Of a stretch of 64,000 nucleotides of DNA, positions 27,330 to 38,108 are shown one piece after another. How positions within the stretch are numbered: position 1 is the first letter of the stretch; each line of letters opens with the position of its first letter. Position numbers and translations under genes: made by a program. The notes beneath the pieces were generated by a model. It was not told where the DNA came from, did not search any database, and saw only the letters and a program-made list of their open reading frames with translations. The DNA is from Pseudomonas aeruginosa PAO1 (GTDB taxonomy: Bacteria > Pseudomonadota > Gammaproteobacteria > Pseudomonadales > Pseudomonadaceae). The stretch lies in assembly GCF_000006765.1 (NCBI RefSeq), contig NC_002516.2; one strand, 5' to 3'.

Positions 27330-27644
27330 TCAGTTCCAGCGGACGTTGAGCACGAAGAAGTTCGCCAGCACCCAGACCACCAGCAGCAGGTGGGTCAGTT
27401 GCAATCCCTCCTGGCGGATCCAGTAGCCGAACCAGAGCCCGCCCAGCAGCATGCCGAAGAGCAAGCCGAGGGCCGCGCTCAGGACCAGGCTGAGCCAGGG
27501 CCAGGCCTCCTCCAGGCCGGCGCCGAACAGCAGTTCGCAACAACCGGTCCGGGCCGTGACGACGGCAGCGACCTGCAGCGAACCGAGGCCGGGCGCAGGC
27601 GGAGTCGAGCCGTTCGAGGGGCGCCAGCCTGGCGCCTCGCGGGC
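27330..27644 (-). pseudogene. 5'-truncated membrane-protein frame
   Basis: Open frame directly after the GST stop, lacking a suitable start; ends ...WPWLSLVLSAALGLLFGMLLGGLWFGYWIRQEGLQLTHLLLVVWVLANFFVLNVRWN*. Confidence 0.4.
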
Positions 27645-28256
27645 TCAGACCGGCGGCGTCTCGAGGAACACCGGCAACCCCTCCGCATAATCCGAATAGC
27701 TTGCCAGTTCCGGGTATTCGCTGGCGGCGACCCGCTCCGCGACCACCAGTTGGCTGAAGCGCCAGGCCACCGCGACGGTCACCCCGACCAGTTCGATGCC
27801 ACCGTCGCGTGCCAGCGGCTCCTGGCGCAGCGCTGCCTCCAGCCAGTCGTAGGCCGCCAGCAACTGCCCCTCCACCCGCTCCAGCCAGGGGCCGTGGCGG
27901 CGTTCCTCGGGACGCAGGTTCAGTTCGTAGTAGATCTGCACGGATTTCTCGCAGGCCACCAGCGCCGCGCCGATCAGACTCAACGCCCGTGCACGGGCCT
28001 GCGGCCGTTGCGGCAGCAGACTGCGTTCGCGGCCGGCCAGGCACTCCAGGTAATCGAGGATCAGGCTGGAGTCCATCAGCACGGTGCCATCGTCCAGCAC
28101 CAGCGTGGGCGCCTTGACCATCGGGTTGAACAGGCTGAACGCCTGGAAATTGCGGAACACCGACAGCGGCCGGTGCTCGTAGGGCAGGTCCAGCAGGCGC
28201 AGGGCGATGGCGACCCGGCGCACAAAAGGCGAATCCAGCATACCGATCAGTTGCAT
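27645..28256 (-). CDS. Glutathione S-transferase family protein
   Basis: MQLIGMLDSPFVRRV, NPMVKAPTL and DSSLILDYL motifs. Confidence 0.9.
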   Translation of the reverse strand: MQLIGMLDSPFVRRVAIALRLLDLPYEHRPLSVFRNFQAFSLFNPMVKAPTLVLDDGTVLMDSSLILDYLECLAGRERSLLPQRPQARARALSLIGAALVACEKSVQIYYELNLRPEERRHGPWLERVEGQLLAAYDWLEAALRQEPLARDGGIELVGVTVAVAWRFSQLVVAERVAASEYPELASYSDYAEGLPVFLETPPV

Positions 28257-28379
28257 CGCGGCATCCTTTGTCGATGATTAAGCGCCGCTAAGAGGGCGAC
28301 GCCTGGGAAAATCACTCTAGTCGTTGCACAACGCGAAAAATATCGAGATAAATTCAGCGAATCCTTTAGAAAAACTTAC

Positions 28380-29276
28380 ATGAGCGACCTCCCTCCCCTC
28401 ACCGCCCTGCGCAGCTTCGAAGCGGTCGCCCGGCTCGGCAGCATCAGCCAGGCCGCCAGCGAGCTGCACGTCACCCACTCAGCGATCAGCCAGCAGATCA
28501 AGCTGCTGGAAAACCTCCTCGGCCTGGCCCTGTTCGTCCGCGAGGGGCGCGGCCTGCGCCTGAGCGAGAACGGCCGGTTCTACGCCCTGCAGGTACGCGC
28601 CTCGCTGGGCGAGATCGCCGACGCCACGCGGGTGGTGCGGGCGCGTCCACGGGAGGGTGAGCTGGTGGTCACGGTGATGCCGTCCTTCGGCCTGAACTGG
28701 CTGCTGCCGCGCCTGCCGCGCTTTCGCAAGCGCCATCCGCACTGTCGCGTGCGGCTGGTGGCCAGTCTTGACGTGCAGAACCTGCGCCAGGGCCTGGCCG
28801 ACCTCGGCGTACGCATCGGCAAGGGCGACTGGGAAGGGGTCGGTCGGGAACGCCTGTTCGACGACGAGTTGCTGATGGTCGCCGCGCCCGACTTCAACGG
28901 CGGCCGCCTGCCGCGCACGCCGAGCGAGATCGTCGCCTGCCCTACACTGCGCTCCACCGAATCCTGGGCGCTCTGGTGCCAGCGCGCCGGCGTGGCGGAA
29001 CCGCAGCACGGACTGCTGATCAATGACTCGAACCTGCTGCTGGAAGCCGTGCGCCTGGGCCAGGGCATCGCCCTGGAGCGTCGCAGCCTGGTCGCCGGCG
29101 CCCTCGCCGAGGGCCGCCTGGTGCAACTGGGCGACATCCGCGTGCCCTACCCCTATCCCTACTGGCTGGTCTGGCCGCAGCGCGAGCCGCCGAGCGACCG
29201 CCACCAGGCCTTCGCCGACTGGCTGCGCGAGGAGGCCCGGCGCTACCAGGCCGAGCAACCGCCGCTCAGCGAATGA
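28380..29276 (+). CDS. LysR-family regulator (GcvA-like)
   Basis: LPPLTALRSFEAVARLGS HTH and WLLPRLPRF. Confidence 0.92.
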   Translation: MSDLPPLTALRSFEAVARLGSISQAASELHVTHSAISQQIKLLENLLGLALFVREGRGLRLSENGRFYALQVRASLGEIADATRVVRARPREGELVVTVMPSFGLNWLLPRLPRFRKRHPHCRVRLVASLDVQNLRQGLADLGVRIGKGDWEGVGRERLFDDELLMVAAPDFNGGRLPRTPSEIVACPTLRSTESWALWCQRAGVAEPQHGLLINDSNLLLEAVRLGQGIALERRSLVAGALAEGRLVQLGDIRVPYPYPYWLVWPQREPPSDRHQAFADWLREEARRYQAEQPPLSE

Positions 29277-29808
29277 AGTTGCGGCTGATCTCGCGGAAGC
29301 GGTCGCTGCCGGCGCGTTCCATCCATTCGAAGGCGACCATCTCCCGCGACACGATCATCGCCCCGGCCTGGCGCATCCGCTCCACGGCCAGCGCCTTGTC
29401 GCTCGGCCGCCGCGAGCCGATCGCCTCCTCCACGACGAACACTTCGCGACCACGGCCAAGCAGGTCGAGCACGGTCTGCAGCACGCAGACGTGCGCCTCG
29501 CTGCCGCAAACCACGAACTGCCGGCGGTCGCCGCCGGGCGCGCGCAGCAGGGCGCCGTCGGCGGCGGCCGAGAAGTCCAGCTTCTCGAGGATCTGCGTGG
29601 GCTCCAGCTCATCGCGCAGGGCCGCCACCGTCGGCCCCAGGCCCTTGCTGTACTGCTCGCTGGCCAGCACCGGCACGTCCAGTGCGCGGGCCACGCGCAA
29701 CAACCACTGGCTGTACTCGACCAGCGCCGGACCGTCGTCGATGGCCGGCAGCAGGCGTTCCTGGATATCGACCACCAGCAGGGTCGAGGTTGCGGCGCGG
29801 ATCAGCAT
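29266..29808 (-). CDS. Isochorismatase-family hydrolase
   Basis: VDIQERL, SEQYSKGLG and EAHVCVLQT motifs. Confidence 0.88.
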   Translation of the reverse strand: MLIRAATSTLLVVDIQERLLPAIDDGPALVEYSQWLLRVARALDVPVLASEQYSKGLGPTVAALRDELEPTQILEKLDFSAAADGALLRAPGGDRRQFVVCGSEAHVCVLQTVLDLLGRGREVFVVEEAIGSRRPSDKALAVERMRQAGAMIVSREMVAFEWMERAGSDRFREISRNFIR

Positions 29809-29911
29809 GGCGTCCTCCTTCGGTTCGACGTCTCGGTTCGTCTGGCTTAGGCTTGCACGGCACGGGCGCCATGGACAGCGCGTCCTCCCACAACCCTAGC
29901 AGGAGCCTGCG

Positions 29912-30382
29912 ATGAATATCAGCCTGCATTTCGAATCGCGCCTGCAGGCCAGCCCCGAACAGCTCTGGCGGTGGATCACCTCGGTGGACGGGATACTCCG
30001 CGAGATACGCCCGTTGCTGAGCATGAGCGTACCGCCCGGTATCCGCAGCCTCGAAGACCTGGAGGTAGTGCCCCGGCGCCCGCTGTTCCGCAGCCACATG
30101 CGCCTGTTCGGCTTGCTGCCGCTGGGCACTTCGCAACTGACCCTGCTGGAGCTGACGCCCGGCCACGGCTTCATCGAACAGTCGCCGATGACCGGCATGC
30201 GCCTCTGGCGCCACGAGCGACGCATCCTGCCGACACCGGGCGAGGCCGGGGAATGCCTGCTGGTCGACCAGTTGACCGTGCGCCCGCTATTCGCCGCCGG
30301 ACTGGTACGCTGGTTCCTCACCCGCATCTTCCGGCATCGCCACCGGGTGCTCTGCCGGCAGTTCCGCACGGACCGCCGGTGA
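29912..30382 (+). CDS. Hypothetical SRPBCC/START-like protein
   Basis: 156-aa ORF; F.EQSPMTGMRLWRHER pattern. Confidence 0.6.
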   Translation: MNISLHFESRLQASPEQLWRWITSVDGILREIRPLLSMSVPPGIRSLEDLEVVPRRPLFRSHMRLFGLLPLGTSQLTLLELTPGHGFIEQSPMTGMRLWRHERRILPTPGEAGECLLVDQLTVRPLFAAGLVRWFLTRIFRHRHRVLCRQFRTDRR

Positions 30383-30455
30383 CCCTCGACTACGCTGAGG
30401 AGTGCGCCCGCCCGCATCCGTCATACCCTTCTGGAGAGCAGCACAAGGACCGCTC

Positions 30456-31811
30456 ATGAATCGCATCAAGCACCTGCTCAAGGACCTCGCCATCCTGATC
30501 CGCGCCAACCTCTGGCTGATCCCGGTGATCGCCGCCCTGGTCGCCGCGGTGTTCTATTTCGTCGCCCCGCCGCCGCCGATGAGCGCGACCATGGCCACCG
30601 GCGCCGAGGGCGGCGGCTACGCCGTGTTCGCCGGCAAGCTCCGGGAAAAGCTCAAGGAGCAGGGCTTCGAACTGAAGCTGGTGCCCAGCGCCGGCTCGCG
30701 CGACAACCTGGAGCGCCTGCTCGGCACCGGCGAGGTCGACATCGCCCTGGTCCAGAGCGGCCAGGAGCGCCAGCTCGAAGCCGGGCAGGCGCGCCAGTTG
30801 CAGACCCTCGGCGCGGTCTACCAGGAACCGCTCTGGCTGTTCCACCGCAGCAACGTGCACATCGACCAGCTCAGCGACCTGCTGCACCTGCGCCTGGCCA
30901 TCGGCAGCGACGGCAGCGGCACCCGCGCCGCCACCGAGGCGATCCTGCAGGCCAACGACATCGCCCCGGGACACTATCCGATCACCTGGGAAGCCCGCGG
31001 CGGCAACGCGGTGGTCGACGACCTGCTGGCCGGCAAGCTGGACGCGGCGTTCATCGTCGGCCCGGCGGAGAACCCGGCGATCCAGAAATTGGCCGACAAC
31101 GACCAGCTTCGCCTGGTCAACTTCCGCCGCAGCGCCGCCTACGAGGCGCGCCTGCCGTTCCTCAAGCGGGTCGAGGTCGGCGAGGGCCTGCTCAACCTGC
31201 CGCGCAACGTGCCGGAACGAAACATCAGCACCCTGTCGCCGGTGGCCACCCTGGTGATCAACGAACGCTTCCACCCGGCGCTGATCCCACTGGTGCTGGA
31301 AGCCGCGCGCGAGGTGATGAAGGACGGCAGCCTGCTCGACAAGCCCGGCGCCTTCCCCAGCGCCGAGCCGCGCACCCTGCGCCTGCACGAGGACGCCGAG
31401 CGCTACTACAAGAGCGGCCTGCCGCTGCTGCAGCGCTACCTGCCGTTCCGCATCGCCTCCCTGGCGGACCGCTACATCATCCTGCTGATCCCGTTCATCG
31501 CCATCCTCATCCCGCTGATGAAGTCCATCGGCCCGCTGTATCGCTGGCGCATCCGCGCGCGCATCTACCGCTGGTACCGCTACATCCGCGACATCGACCG
31601 CAAGCTCGACAGCGGTACCGACGCCGAGCAACTGAGAAGCGAGATCGAGCGGCTGGAGAAACTGGAGAGCGAGCTGAACACCGTGGAGGTGCCGCTCTCC
31701 TACTACCACGAGCTGTACGAGCTGCACCTGCACCTGAACTTCGTGATCAAGCGCCTGCACGGTCTGCAGGAACGCCAGGCGACGCAGGCAGAAGCCGGCA
31801 ACCTCGGGTAA
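30456..31811 (+). CDS. TAXI-family TRAP solute receptor-like membrane protein
   Basis: ATGAEGGGY, SAGSRDNL and IGSDGSGT motifs, with N- and C-terminal TM segments. Confidence 0.75.
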   Translation: MNRIKHLLKDLAILIRANLWLIPVIAALVAAVFYFVAPPPPMSATMATGAEGGGYAVFAGKLREKLKEQGFELKLVPSAGSRDNLERLLGTGEVDIALVQSGQERQLEAGQARQLQTLGAVYQEPLWLFHRSNVHIDQLSDLLHLRLAIGSDGSGTRAATEAILQANDIAPGHYPITWEARGGNAVVDDLLAGKLDAAFIVGPAENPAIQKLADNDQLRLVNFRRSAAYEARLPFLKRVEVGEGLLNLPRNVPERNISTLSPVATLVINERFHPALIPLVLEAAREVMKDGSLLDKPGAFPSAEPRTLRLHEDAERYYKSGLPLLQRYLPFRIASLADRYIILLIPFIAILIPLMKSIGPLYRWRIRARIYRWYRYIRDIDRKLDSGTDAEQLRSEIERLEKLESELNTVEVPLSYYHELYELHLHLNFVIKRLHGLQERQATQAEAGNLG

Positions 31812-31903
31812 ACTGGCCGATCCGCGGGCGCGCCAGCGGCGTGTCCCGCAGCGTCGCGGAAACCTGCGCGGCGCCGCCGATTACCTGAAAGGTCGAACCT
31901 GAC

Positions 31904-32908
31904 ATGCCGATCCATCACGCCATCGTCCACCTGATCGAGAAGAAGCCCGACGGCACCCCGGCCGTGCTCCACGCGCGCGACGCCGAGTTGGGCGACTCCC
32001 AGGCCATCGAGAACCTGCTGGCCGACCTCAACGAAAGCTACAACGCCAAGAACAAGGCCTGGGGCTTCTTCCAGGGCGAGTCCGGGGCCTACCCGTTCAG
32101 CGGCTGGCTCGGTGAGTACCTGGAGGGCGATCGCGACTTCGTCGGCTTCAGCCGCGAAGCGGTCGAACACCTGCAGAAGCTGATGGAGGAGTCCAATCTC
32201 TCCACCGGCGGCCACATCCTGTTCGCCCACTACCAGCAAGGCATGACCGACTACCTGGCGATCGCCCTGCTGCACCACAGCGAAGGCGTGGCGGTGAACG
32301 AGTCGCTGGAGGTCACCCCGTCGCGCCACCTGGACCTCGGCCAGTTGCACCTGGCCGCGCGGATCAATATCTCCGAATGGCGCAACAACAAGCAGTCGAA
32401 GCAGTACATCTCGTTCATCAAGGGCAAGGGCGGGAAGAAGGTCTCCGACTATTTCCGCGACTTCATCGGCTGCCAGGAAGGGGTGGATTCGCCGAGCGAG
32501 ACGCGCACCCTGCTGAAAGCCTTCAGCGATTTCGTGGAAAGCGAGGACATGGCCGAGGAACAGGCCCGCGAGAAGACCGAGACGCTGGTCGACTACGCCA
32601 CCTCCCAGGCGCGCATCGGCGAGCCGATGACCCTCGACGCGCTTTCGGAACTGATGGACGACCAGCAACCGCGGGCGTTCTACGACTACATCCGTAACAA
32701 GGACTACGGCCTGTCGCCGGAAATCCCGGCGGACAAGCGCACCCTCAACCAGTTCCGCCGCTTCACCGGCCGCGCCGAAGGCCTGTCGATCAGCTTCGAG
32801 GCGCACCTGCTGGGCTCCAAGGTGGAATACGACGAAGAGCGCGACATGCTGATCATCCGCCAGTTGCCGACCCAGTTGAAGGACCAGCTCAAGCGGCGCA
32901 AGGACTGA
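31904..32908 (+). CDS. ndpA: Nucleoid-associated protein NdpA/YejK
   Basis: [25 protein letters not shown] and PADKRTL motifs. Confidence 0.88.
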
Positions 32909-32950
32909 CCCGCGCCGCCCCGGAGCGCCGCCGGCGCTCCCTTTCCCTCC

Positions 32951-33862
32951 TCAGCCGCAGGCCCAGTCGAAGCGCATGTCGCGGAAATCGAGCTGGGCGT
33001 TGCCGCCGCCGAAGTTGTAGCCGCCCAGGTATTCCTCGAACTCTACGTAGAAGGGACTCATCTCCGGTACGCCCTGCACCGGACGCATGGTGCCGCCGAT
33101 ATGGTTCGGCAGGTGCCCTTCCACCCAGGGATGCTCGCGGTAGTTGTCGCGCTCGATCTTGCCGTCCAGCCAGTAGTGCGGCAGCTGGTAGCCGCCGTCG
33201 CCGTATTCGCTGGGCACCACCCCGGCGTTGGGGTCTTGCGCCCGCGCCGTCCAGCGCAGGGGGTAGCGCTGCTGGTGGCCGGCCGCCGGGCGGCCACCGA
33301 GGGCGCGCAGCAGGTAGTAGTCGTCCTCCGCCCAGTCCGGCACGAAGCTGGCCGCCGAACCAGCCTCCAGCCACTGCGGCGGCTCGGTCTGCGCCAACAG
33401 CGGGTTGCCCGCCGGCAGCGCCCGCGGCTGGCAGGGCGCGCCGCTGAATTCAGCGGCGTCGAGCAGGATCAACGCATAGGCGCCGCCGAGGATGTCCTCC
33501 ATCCGATGCAGACGCGGATGGCTATTGCGCCCGGCCTCCCAGAACGGCCGCAGCTCCGCTTCGGCCGGCGGTTGCGCGGGCGGATCGATGAGCATCTCGC
33601 GAATGCCGTCGACGCTGGTCGGTCCACCGTCGTTCTGGTCCGGGGCGAGGGAGAAGAAGCTCAGCGCGACGATCTCCGGGCCATGCACCCGGTAGTCCTC
33701 CGGCAGCAGCAGGGTGAAGCCGTGCATCAGCGGATAGCCGGTGTCCGGATCCAGCGGCCACTGCTCCGGACGGATGCCCGGCGGCAGGCCGAAGCACCAG
33801 CCGTGGTTGGCTTCGCCGGCGTGCGCGGCGTCGTTGACGATTTCGATGTCGTAGGCTTTCAT
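32951..33862 (-). CDS. Hypothetical protein
   Basis: 303-aa ORF with host codon bias; no motif recognised. Confidence 0.65.
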   Translation of the reverse strand: MKAYDIEIVNDAAHAGEANHGWCFGLPPGIRPEQWPLDPDTGYPLMHGFTLLLPEDYRVHGPEIVALSFFSLAPDQNDGGPTSVDGIREMLIDPPAQPPAEAELRPFWEAGRNSHPRLHRMEDILGGAYALILLDAAEFSGAPCQPRALPAGNPLLAQTEPPQWLEAGSAASFVPDWAEDDYYLLRALGGRPAAGHQQRYPLRWTARAQDPNAGVVPSEYGDGGYQLPHYWLDGKIERDNYREHPWVEGHLPNHIGGTMRPVQGVPEMSPFYVEFEEYLGGYNFGGGNAQLDFRDMRFDWACG

Positions 33863-33950
33863 GGCCACTCCCTGGTCGGTTTTTCCTGTTCCCGGCCACG
33901 CCGGCCGGGTGTCTCAGTGTAAAACGGAGTCCCCGGCAGGCGAAGGACTT

Positions 33951-34703
33951 TCAGCCCAGGCCCACGCCGAGCGCGGTGCCCAACCCATAGGTGAAGGCCG
34001 CGGCAAGGGTACCGACCAGCACCTGGCGCAACGCCGAGAACGCCAGCGGCCGCCCGGTGAAACGGGCGGTGACCGCGCCGCTGAACAGCAGCGCAAGCAG
34101 GCTGGACAGCAGGCTTGCGACCAGCGCCGCGGCACCGTCGAGGAACAGGAACGGCGCCACCGGCACCAGGGCGCCAAGGGAAAACAGCAGGAACGACGTG
34201 CCCGCCGCGTTCCACGGGTTGCCGCCCAACTCCGTCGGATCGATGCCGAGGGCCTCGCGGGACAAGGTGTCCAGCGCGCCACGACCGTCGTTCATCAGTT
34301 GCAGGGCCACGCGCCGGGCGGACACCTCGCTCAGCCCCTTGGCGGTGAAGATATCGATCAGTTCCTGGGTCTCGGTGTTCGGGCAGAGCCTGAGCAGGCG
34401 TTCTTCCTCGGCGATGCGCTTGCTCGCCATCTCGCGGGCGTTGGTCACCGACAGCCACTCGCCGAGGGCCATCGAACAGGCCCCGGACACCAGTCCGGCC
34501 ATCCCGGTGAGGACGATGGACGAATGCGCCATGCTCGCACCCGCCACGCCCATCACCAGGCACAGGTTCGACACCAGGCCATCGTTGGCACCGAGCACCG
34601 CGGCGCGCAGCTTGGTGCTGGCGTCGCGGTCCGGCCTCGCCTCGGGCAACGCGCACTGCGGCGGATCGGCGTCCGGCCGCAGCGGCGGGGTCTCCGCCGG
34701 CAT
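33951..34703 (-). CDS. VIT1/CCC1 family Fe/Mn transporter
   Basis: LRAAVLGANDGLVS and SMALGEWLS motifs. Confidence 0.88.
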   Translation of the reverse strand: MPAETPPLRPDADPPQCALPEARPDRDASTKLRAAVLGANDGLVSNLCLVMGVAGASMAHSSIVLTGMAGLVSGACSMALGEWLSVTNAREMASKRIAEEERLLRLCPNTETQELIDIFTAKGLSEVSARRVALQLMNDGRGALDTLSREALGIDPTELGGNPWNAAGTSFLLFSLGALVPVAPFLFLDGAAALVASLLSSLLALLFSGAVTARFTGRPLAFSALRQVLVGTLAAAFTYGLGTALGVGLG

Positions 34704-34706
34704 GCC

Positions 34707-35642
34707 TCAACGCGCCTCGATGCGAAAGCCCAGGCGCGGGAAATGCACATGCACGGTACCCGCCCGCGGGTCTTCGCGGCGCAGGATGAGTTCCTCGCTG
34801 CCGGCGAAGAGCAGTTCGCCCTGTACCGCGTCGACACCGTAGTCGGTGGCGGCGATGGCGACCGCCTGGCCGGGCAGGAAACCGTTGGGGTCGCTGAAGG
34901 ATTCGTCCGGCAATGCCGCGGGCTGGCTGCCGCGAGCCACCTCCAGGGCTTCCTCCGCACTCATCTCGGCTGGCGCGCCATGGCCGAAGCCGAGCACCCG
35001 TCCCAACCAGGCCTGCACCTGCGGGTAATCGTCGACCAGCGGCGCGGTGACCGGCGTGCCCTTGAGGAACCACAGGCAGTGCGCCACGGCGAAGTCGGCG
35101 ACGGACGCTTCGCCGAACAGGAAATCGCCGTCCTCGCGCGACAACTGGCGCTCCAGTCGCGCCATGAATGCCGGCCACTGGTGGCGCGCCTGTTCCAGCG
35201 GCAGGCGGCCGGCGCTGCCGCCGCTGAATAGCTGGCTGCGATCGGCCATGAAGGCCTTGAGGAATTCCGGCGGCAGCTTGCCGAAACGCACGGCGATGGA
35301 CTCCGGGGCGAACGCCAGGCTTACCGCGTGCTGGAACAGCACCGCGTCGGCCCACTGGGCGAAGCTCGCGGCAACCATCTCCTGGCCTTCGGGAAACAGC
35401 GCCGGAACCGCCTTTTCCTGCTCCAGGCGACGGGCGATCAACGCGGTATCGCAATACACATCGGCGCCGACCTGCAACACCGGGGTCTTCCGATAGCCGC
35501 CGGTCAGCGCCACCAGGTCCGGCTTGGGCATCACCGGCGGAATCATCACCGAACGCCAGGACAGTTGCTTGAAACCGAGCAGCAGGCGCGCCTTCTCGGC
35601 GAAGGGCGAAGTGGGATAGTGATGCAGGATCAGCTCTGACAT
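34707..35642 (-). CDS. Glutathione S-transferase family protein
   Basis: HHYPTSPFAEK, GGYRKTPVLQ and CDTALIAR motifs. Confidence 0.88.
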   Translation of the reverse strand: MSELILHHYPTSPFAEKARLLLGFKQLSWRSVMIPPVMPKPDLVALTGGYRKTPVLQVGADVYCDTALIARRLEQEKAVPALFPEGQEMVAASFAQWADAVLFQHAVSLAFAPESIAVRFGKLPPEFLKAFMADRSQLFSGGSAGRLPLEQARHQWPAFMARLERQLSREDGDFLFGEASVADFAVAHCLWFLKGTPVTAPLVDDYPQVQAWLGRVLGFGHGAPAEMSAEEALEVARGSQPAALPDESFSDPNGFLPGQAVAIAATDYGVDAVQGELLFAGSEELILRREDPRAGTVHVHFPRLGFRIEAR

Positions 35643-35762
35643 GGGCGCCTCCGGGCGGATGTGAGGCACCAGCTTAGCGCGGCTGGGAAAACACGCCTAT
35701 GACAATCCGGGACATGAAGGGCGCCCCATCGCCTGGCCCGATGGGCCTGGCGATGGGCGCGC

Positions 35763-36452
35763 TCAATCCAGCCGGCACCCCTGGCGGGTGATGGTCATCC
35801 GCCGGTACGCCGCACGCGGCGCCTCGCGCGCCTCCAGGGCGGCGAGGAACTCCCGGGGTCGGTCCAGCGGCAGGCCGGTGAGGAAGGCGCTATCCAGCTC
35901 CCACCAGCGTGAGGCGAGCAGGCCCTCGATGATCTCCGGCGGATGCCGGTAGCGGATCACCTGCGCCGGAGTCCCGGCGACGATGGCATAGGGCGGCACG
36001 TCGCGAGTGACCACGGCGCGCGTGGCGATGATCGCCCCAGTCCCGACCTTGACACCTTCCATCACCATCGCGCTGTGCCCGATCCAGACGTCGTGGCCGA
36101 TTTCCGCGTAGCTCAGCGCCGGCTCGTAGCGCAGCGCGGTGCCGGTGTGCTGGAAGGGGTGGCTGCTCACCCAGTCGCTGGGATGGGTGTGCTTTTCCTG
36201 GCCGATGAAACAGTCCGAGCCGATCGAGCAGAAACGCCCGATGGACGCCACCAGGGACAGGTCGGTGCCGCTGCGCACATAGCTGTAGGCGCCGATCTCC
36301 AGCCTCGGCGGGACGATGCGCAGGTGGCCGAGTTCGACCCGCTCCTCGAGCACCAGCGTGGTGCGCTTGCCGACACTGGCCGGGCCGCCGGCCAGCTTGC
36401 AGCCGCGGCGGCGGATCCAGCGTTTCCACCAATGATTCTTCAGGTAACCCAC
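35763..36452 (-). CDS. CatB/Vat-like hexapeptide-repeat acetyltransferase
   Basis: IGRFCSIG, IGHDVWIG and DVPPYAIVAGTPA motifs. Confidence 0.85.
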   Translation of the reverse strand: MGYLKNHWWKRWIRRRGCKLAGGPASVGKRTTLVLEERVELGHLRIVPPRLEIGAYSYVRSGTDLSLVASIGRFCSIGSDCFIGQEKHTHPSDWVSSHPFQHTGTALRYEPALSYAEIGHDVWIGHSAMVMEGVKVGTGAIIATRAVVTRDVPPYAIVAGTPAQVIRYRHPPEIIEGLLASRWWELDSAFLTGLPLDRPREFLAALEAREAPRAAYRRMTITRQGCRLD

Positions 36453-36480
36453 GAATACCCCATGACCGCAGATGAACGTC

Positions 36481-36795
36481 CTAGATTGCCGGCTCGCCGA
36501 CCTCGCGCAACACCGGTACGCCGACCAACAGGCGCTCCTTGGCGCGCTTGCTCAGGGCCTTGATCGCCCGCTCGCGGCGCAGGGCGTCGCCCTTGCTGGC
36601 GCAGGCCTCGACGTAGACCAGCGCGCGGGCGGGGCTGGAATGGAAGAACCGCGCGCCCTTGCCGCTGCAATGAGTGTCGAAGCGGCGCAGCGGATCGTCG
36701 CTGATGCCGCAGTACAACGCGCCGTTTTCCGCCCTCACCAGGTAGACCGACCAACACTTCCCGATCGCCGCCGTGGCGGCCGTCGCCTCACTCAC
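36481..36795 (-). CDS. GIY-YIG nuclease family protein
   Basis: WSVYLV...[20 protein letters not shown]; GTG start overlaps upstream stop. Confidence 0.85.
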   Translation of the reverse strand: MSEATAATAAIGKCWSVYLVRAENGALYCGISDDPLRRFDTHCSGKGARFFHSSPARALVYVEACASKGDALRRERAIKALSKRAKERLLVGVPVLREVGEPAI

Positions 36796-37489
36796 TCCAG
36801 ACCCGCTCCCGCATCCGCTCGCAATACGCCACCAGGCGCGGATAGCCTCGCGCCACATGGCTGAGTGGGGTATCCAGGGTCGCCTCGATGAGGTTGGCGA
36901 GGATACCGTAAGCGGCGGCATCGGCGCTGCACGGATGTTCGCCGCCGTAGTACGGGACCTGGCCAAGCAGGCCGTCGAGGGCATCGAGGTCGTCGCGGGC
37001 GAAGGCCAGCAGTTCGTCCCTGCCATGGACCCCGAGTCCCTGCGCCCTGAGGGTAGCGCGGACCTTGCGGCGCATGGCCCAGGCCACCGCGTCGCGCACG
37101 CCGAATGGCAGCGAGCCGAAGAATACCGGCTTGAGCACGCGCCAGCTGTCCTCGTCGAACCAGCGGAAATACAGCATCAGGTAGTACAGGTGTTCGTCGC
37201 ACAGGCGCGTGATCGCCCGTGCCCAACCCTTGCCCCGGGCATCCAGGCCTGCGTCGAGAGTGACCCCGTAGCGCTCGCCGAGGGTACGGATGACGATCTC
37301 GCTGTCACCGATCGCCTCGCCCTCGATACGCACGTAGGGCAGCTTGCCCTTGGGCGCCTTGCGCGGGTCGCTGACGACCTTCACCTGATACTCCAGGCCG
37401 GCCAGGCGCAACCAGGTTTCCAGTTTCAGGCAGTAGGGACTGGCATTGGGTACGTTGAATGCGGCGGGAAACTGGAAGAGCGTGATCAT
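36788..37489 (-). CDS. Glutathione S-transferase / metaxin-like protein
   Basis: [19 protein letters not shown] and DSEIVI motifs. Confidence 0.87.
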   Translation of the reverse strand: MITLFQFPAAFNVPNASPYCLKLETWLRLAGLEYQVKVVSDPRKAPKGKLPYVRIEGEAIGDSEIVIRTLGERYGVTLDAGLDARGKGWARAITRLCDEHLYYLMLYFRWFDEDSWRVLKPVFFGSLPFGVRDAVAWAMRRKVRATLRAQGLGVHGRDELLAFARDDLDALDGLLGQVPYYGGEHPCSADAAAYGILANLIEATLDTPLSHVARGYPRLVAYCERMRERVWSE

Positions 37490-37555
37490 CGCGGCGTCCT
37501 GCGGGTTGTCCGCGGCGAGCTTAGGAGATTATCCGCGCTTCGGCCACCGACAGCC

Positions 37556-38038
37556 TCAGCCGGCCGCCGGATGGGCAGCCTGGTAGGCGGCCAGGCCCTT
37601 GCGCGCCTGCCCGCGGATCGCCCGCTGCACCGGCGGCGCCCAGCCCAGCAGCAGGCCCTTGGCGCCAAGCGCCTGGCGGCTCCAGCGCCACAGGTCGAAC
37701 TGGTCGCGATGCTCGACGATCAAACCGTCGGCGAAGCGGAAACGGGCCTCGATGCGATTCTCCACCCTGCGCCCGGTCTGGGTGAACAGGTAGTGGGCCA
37801 CCCATTGCGCACGCCCCTCGTTCTCGTCGGCGCGGACGTTCGCGTAGTCCAGGCGGAAGTCCCGCGCCCGGCTGGTCAGCAGGCGCCACATGTCGCCCAC
37901 CTCGCGCCCGCGCAGTTCGCCGAAGGCCGGGTCGTGGAAGGTCGCCTGGGGAGCGTAGCAGGCCGCCATGGCCTCGCCGTCGAGGCGCTGGAAGGCCTGG
38001 TAGAAGCGCTCGATCAGTTCGGCGTTGGGGTGGGCCAT
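37556..38038 (-). CDS. SnoaL/NTF2-like protein
   Basis: FYQAF..LDGEAMAACY...FHDPAF and EHRDQFD motifs. Confidence 0.8.
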   Translation of the reverse strand: MAHPNAELIERFYQAFQRLDGEAMAACYAPQATFHDPAFGELRGREVGDMWRLLTSRARDFRLDYANVRADENEGRAQWVAHYLFTQTGRRVENRIEARFRFADGLIVEHRDQFDLWRWSRQALGAKGLLLGWAPPVQRAIRGQARKGLAAYQAAHPAAG

Positions 38039-38108
38039 GCGGGGTTCCTTGCGATGATAGGGACTTGCCAGGCGTCCCCAGGCGGGAACGCCGTCGTGCC
38101 GGGTCGTT

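Noticed and set aside
27064-27426. 120-aa plus-strand ORF after spcS
   Set aside because: No convincing RBS or motif and atypical composition; it overlaps a more protein-like minus-strand remnant.
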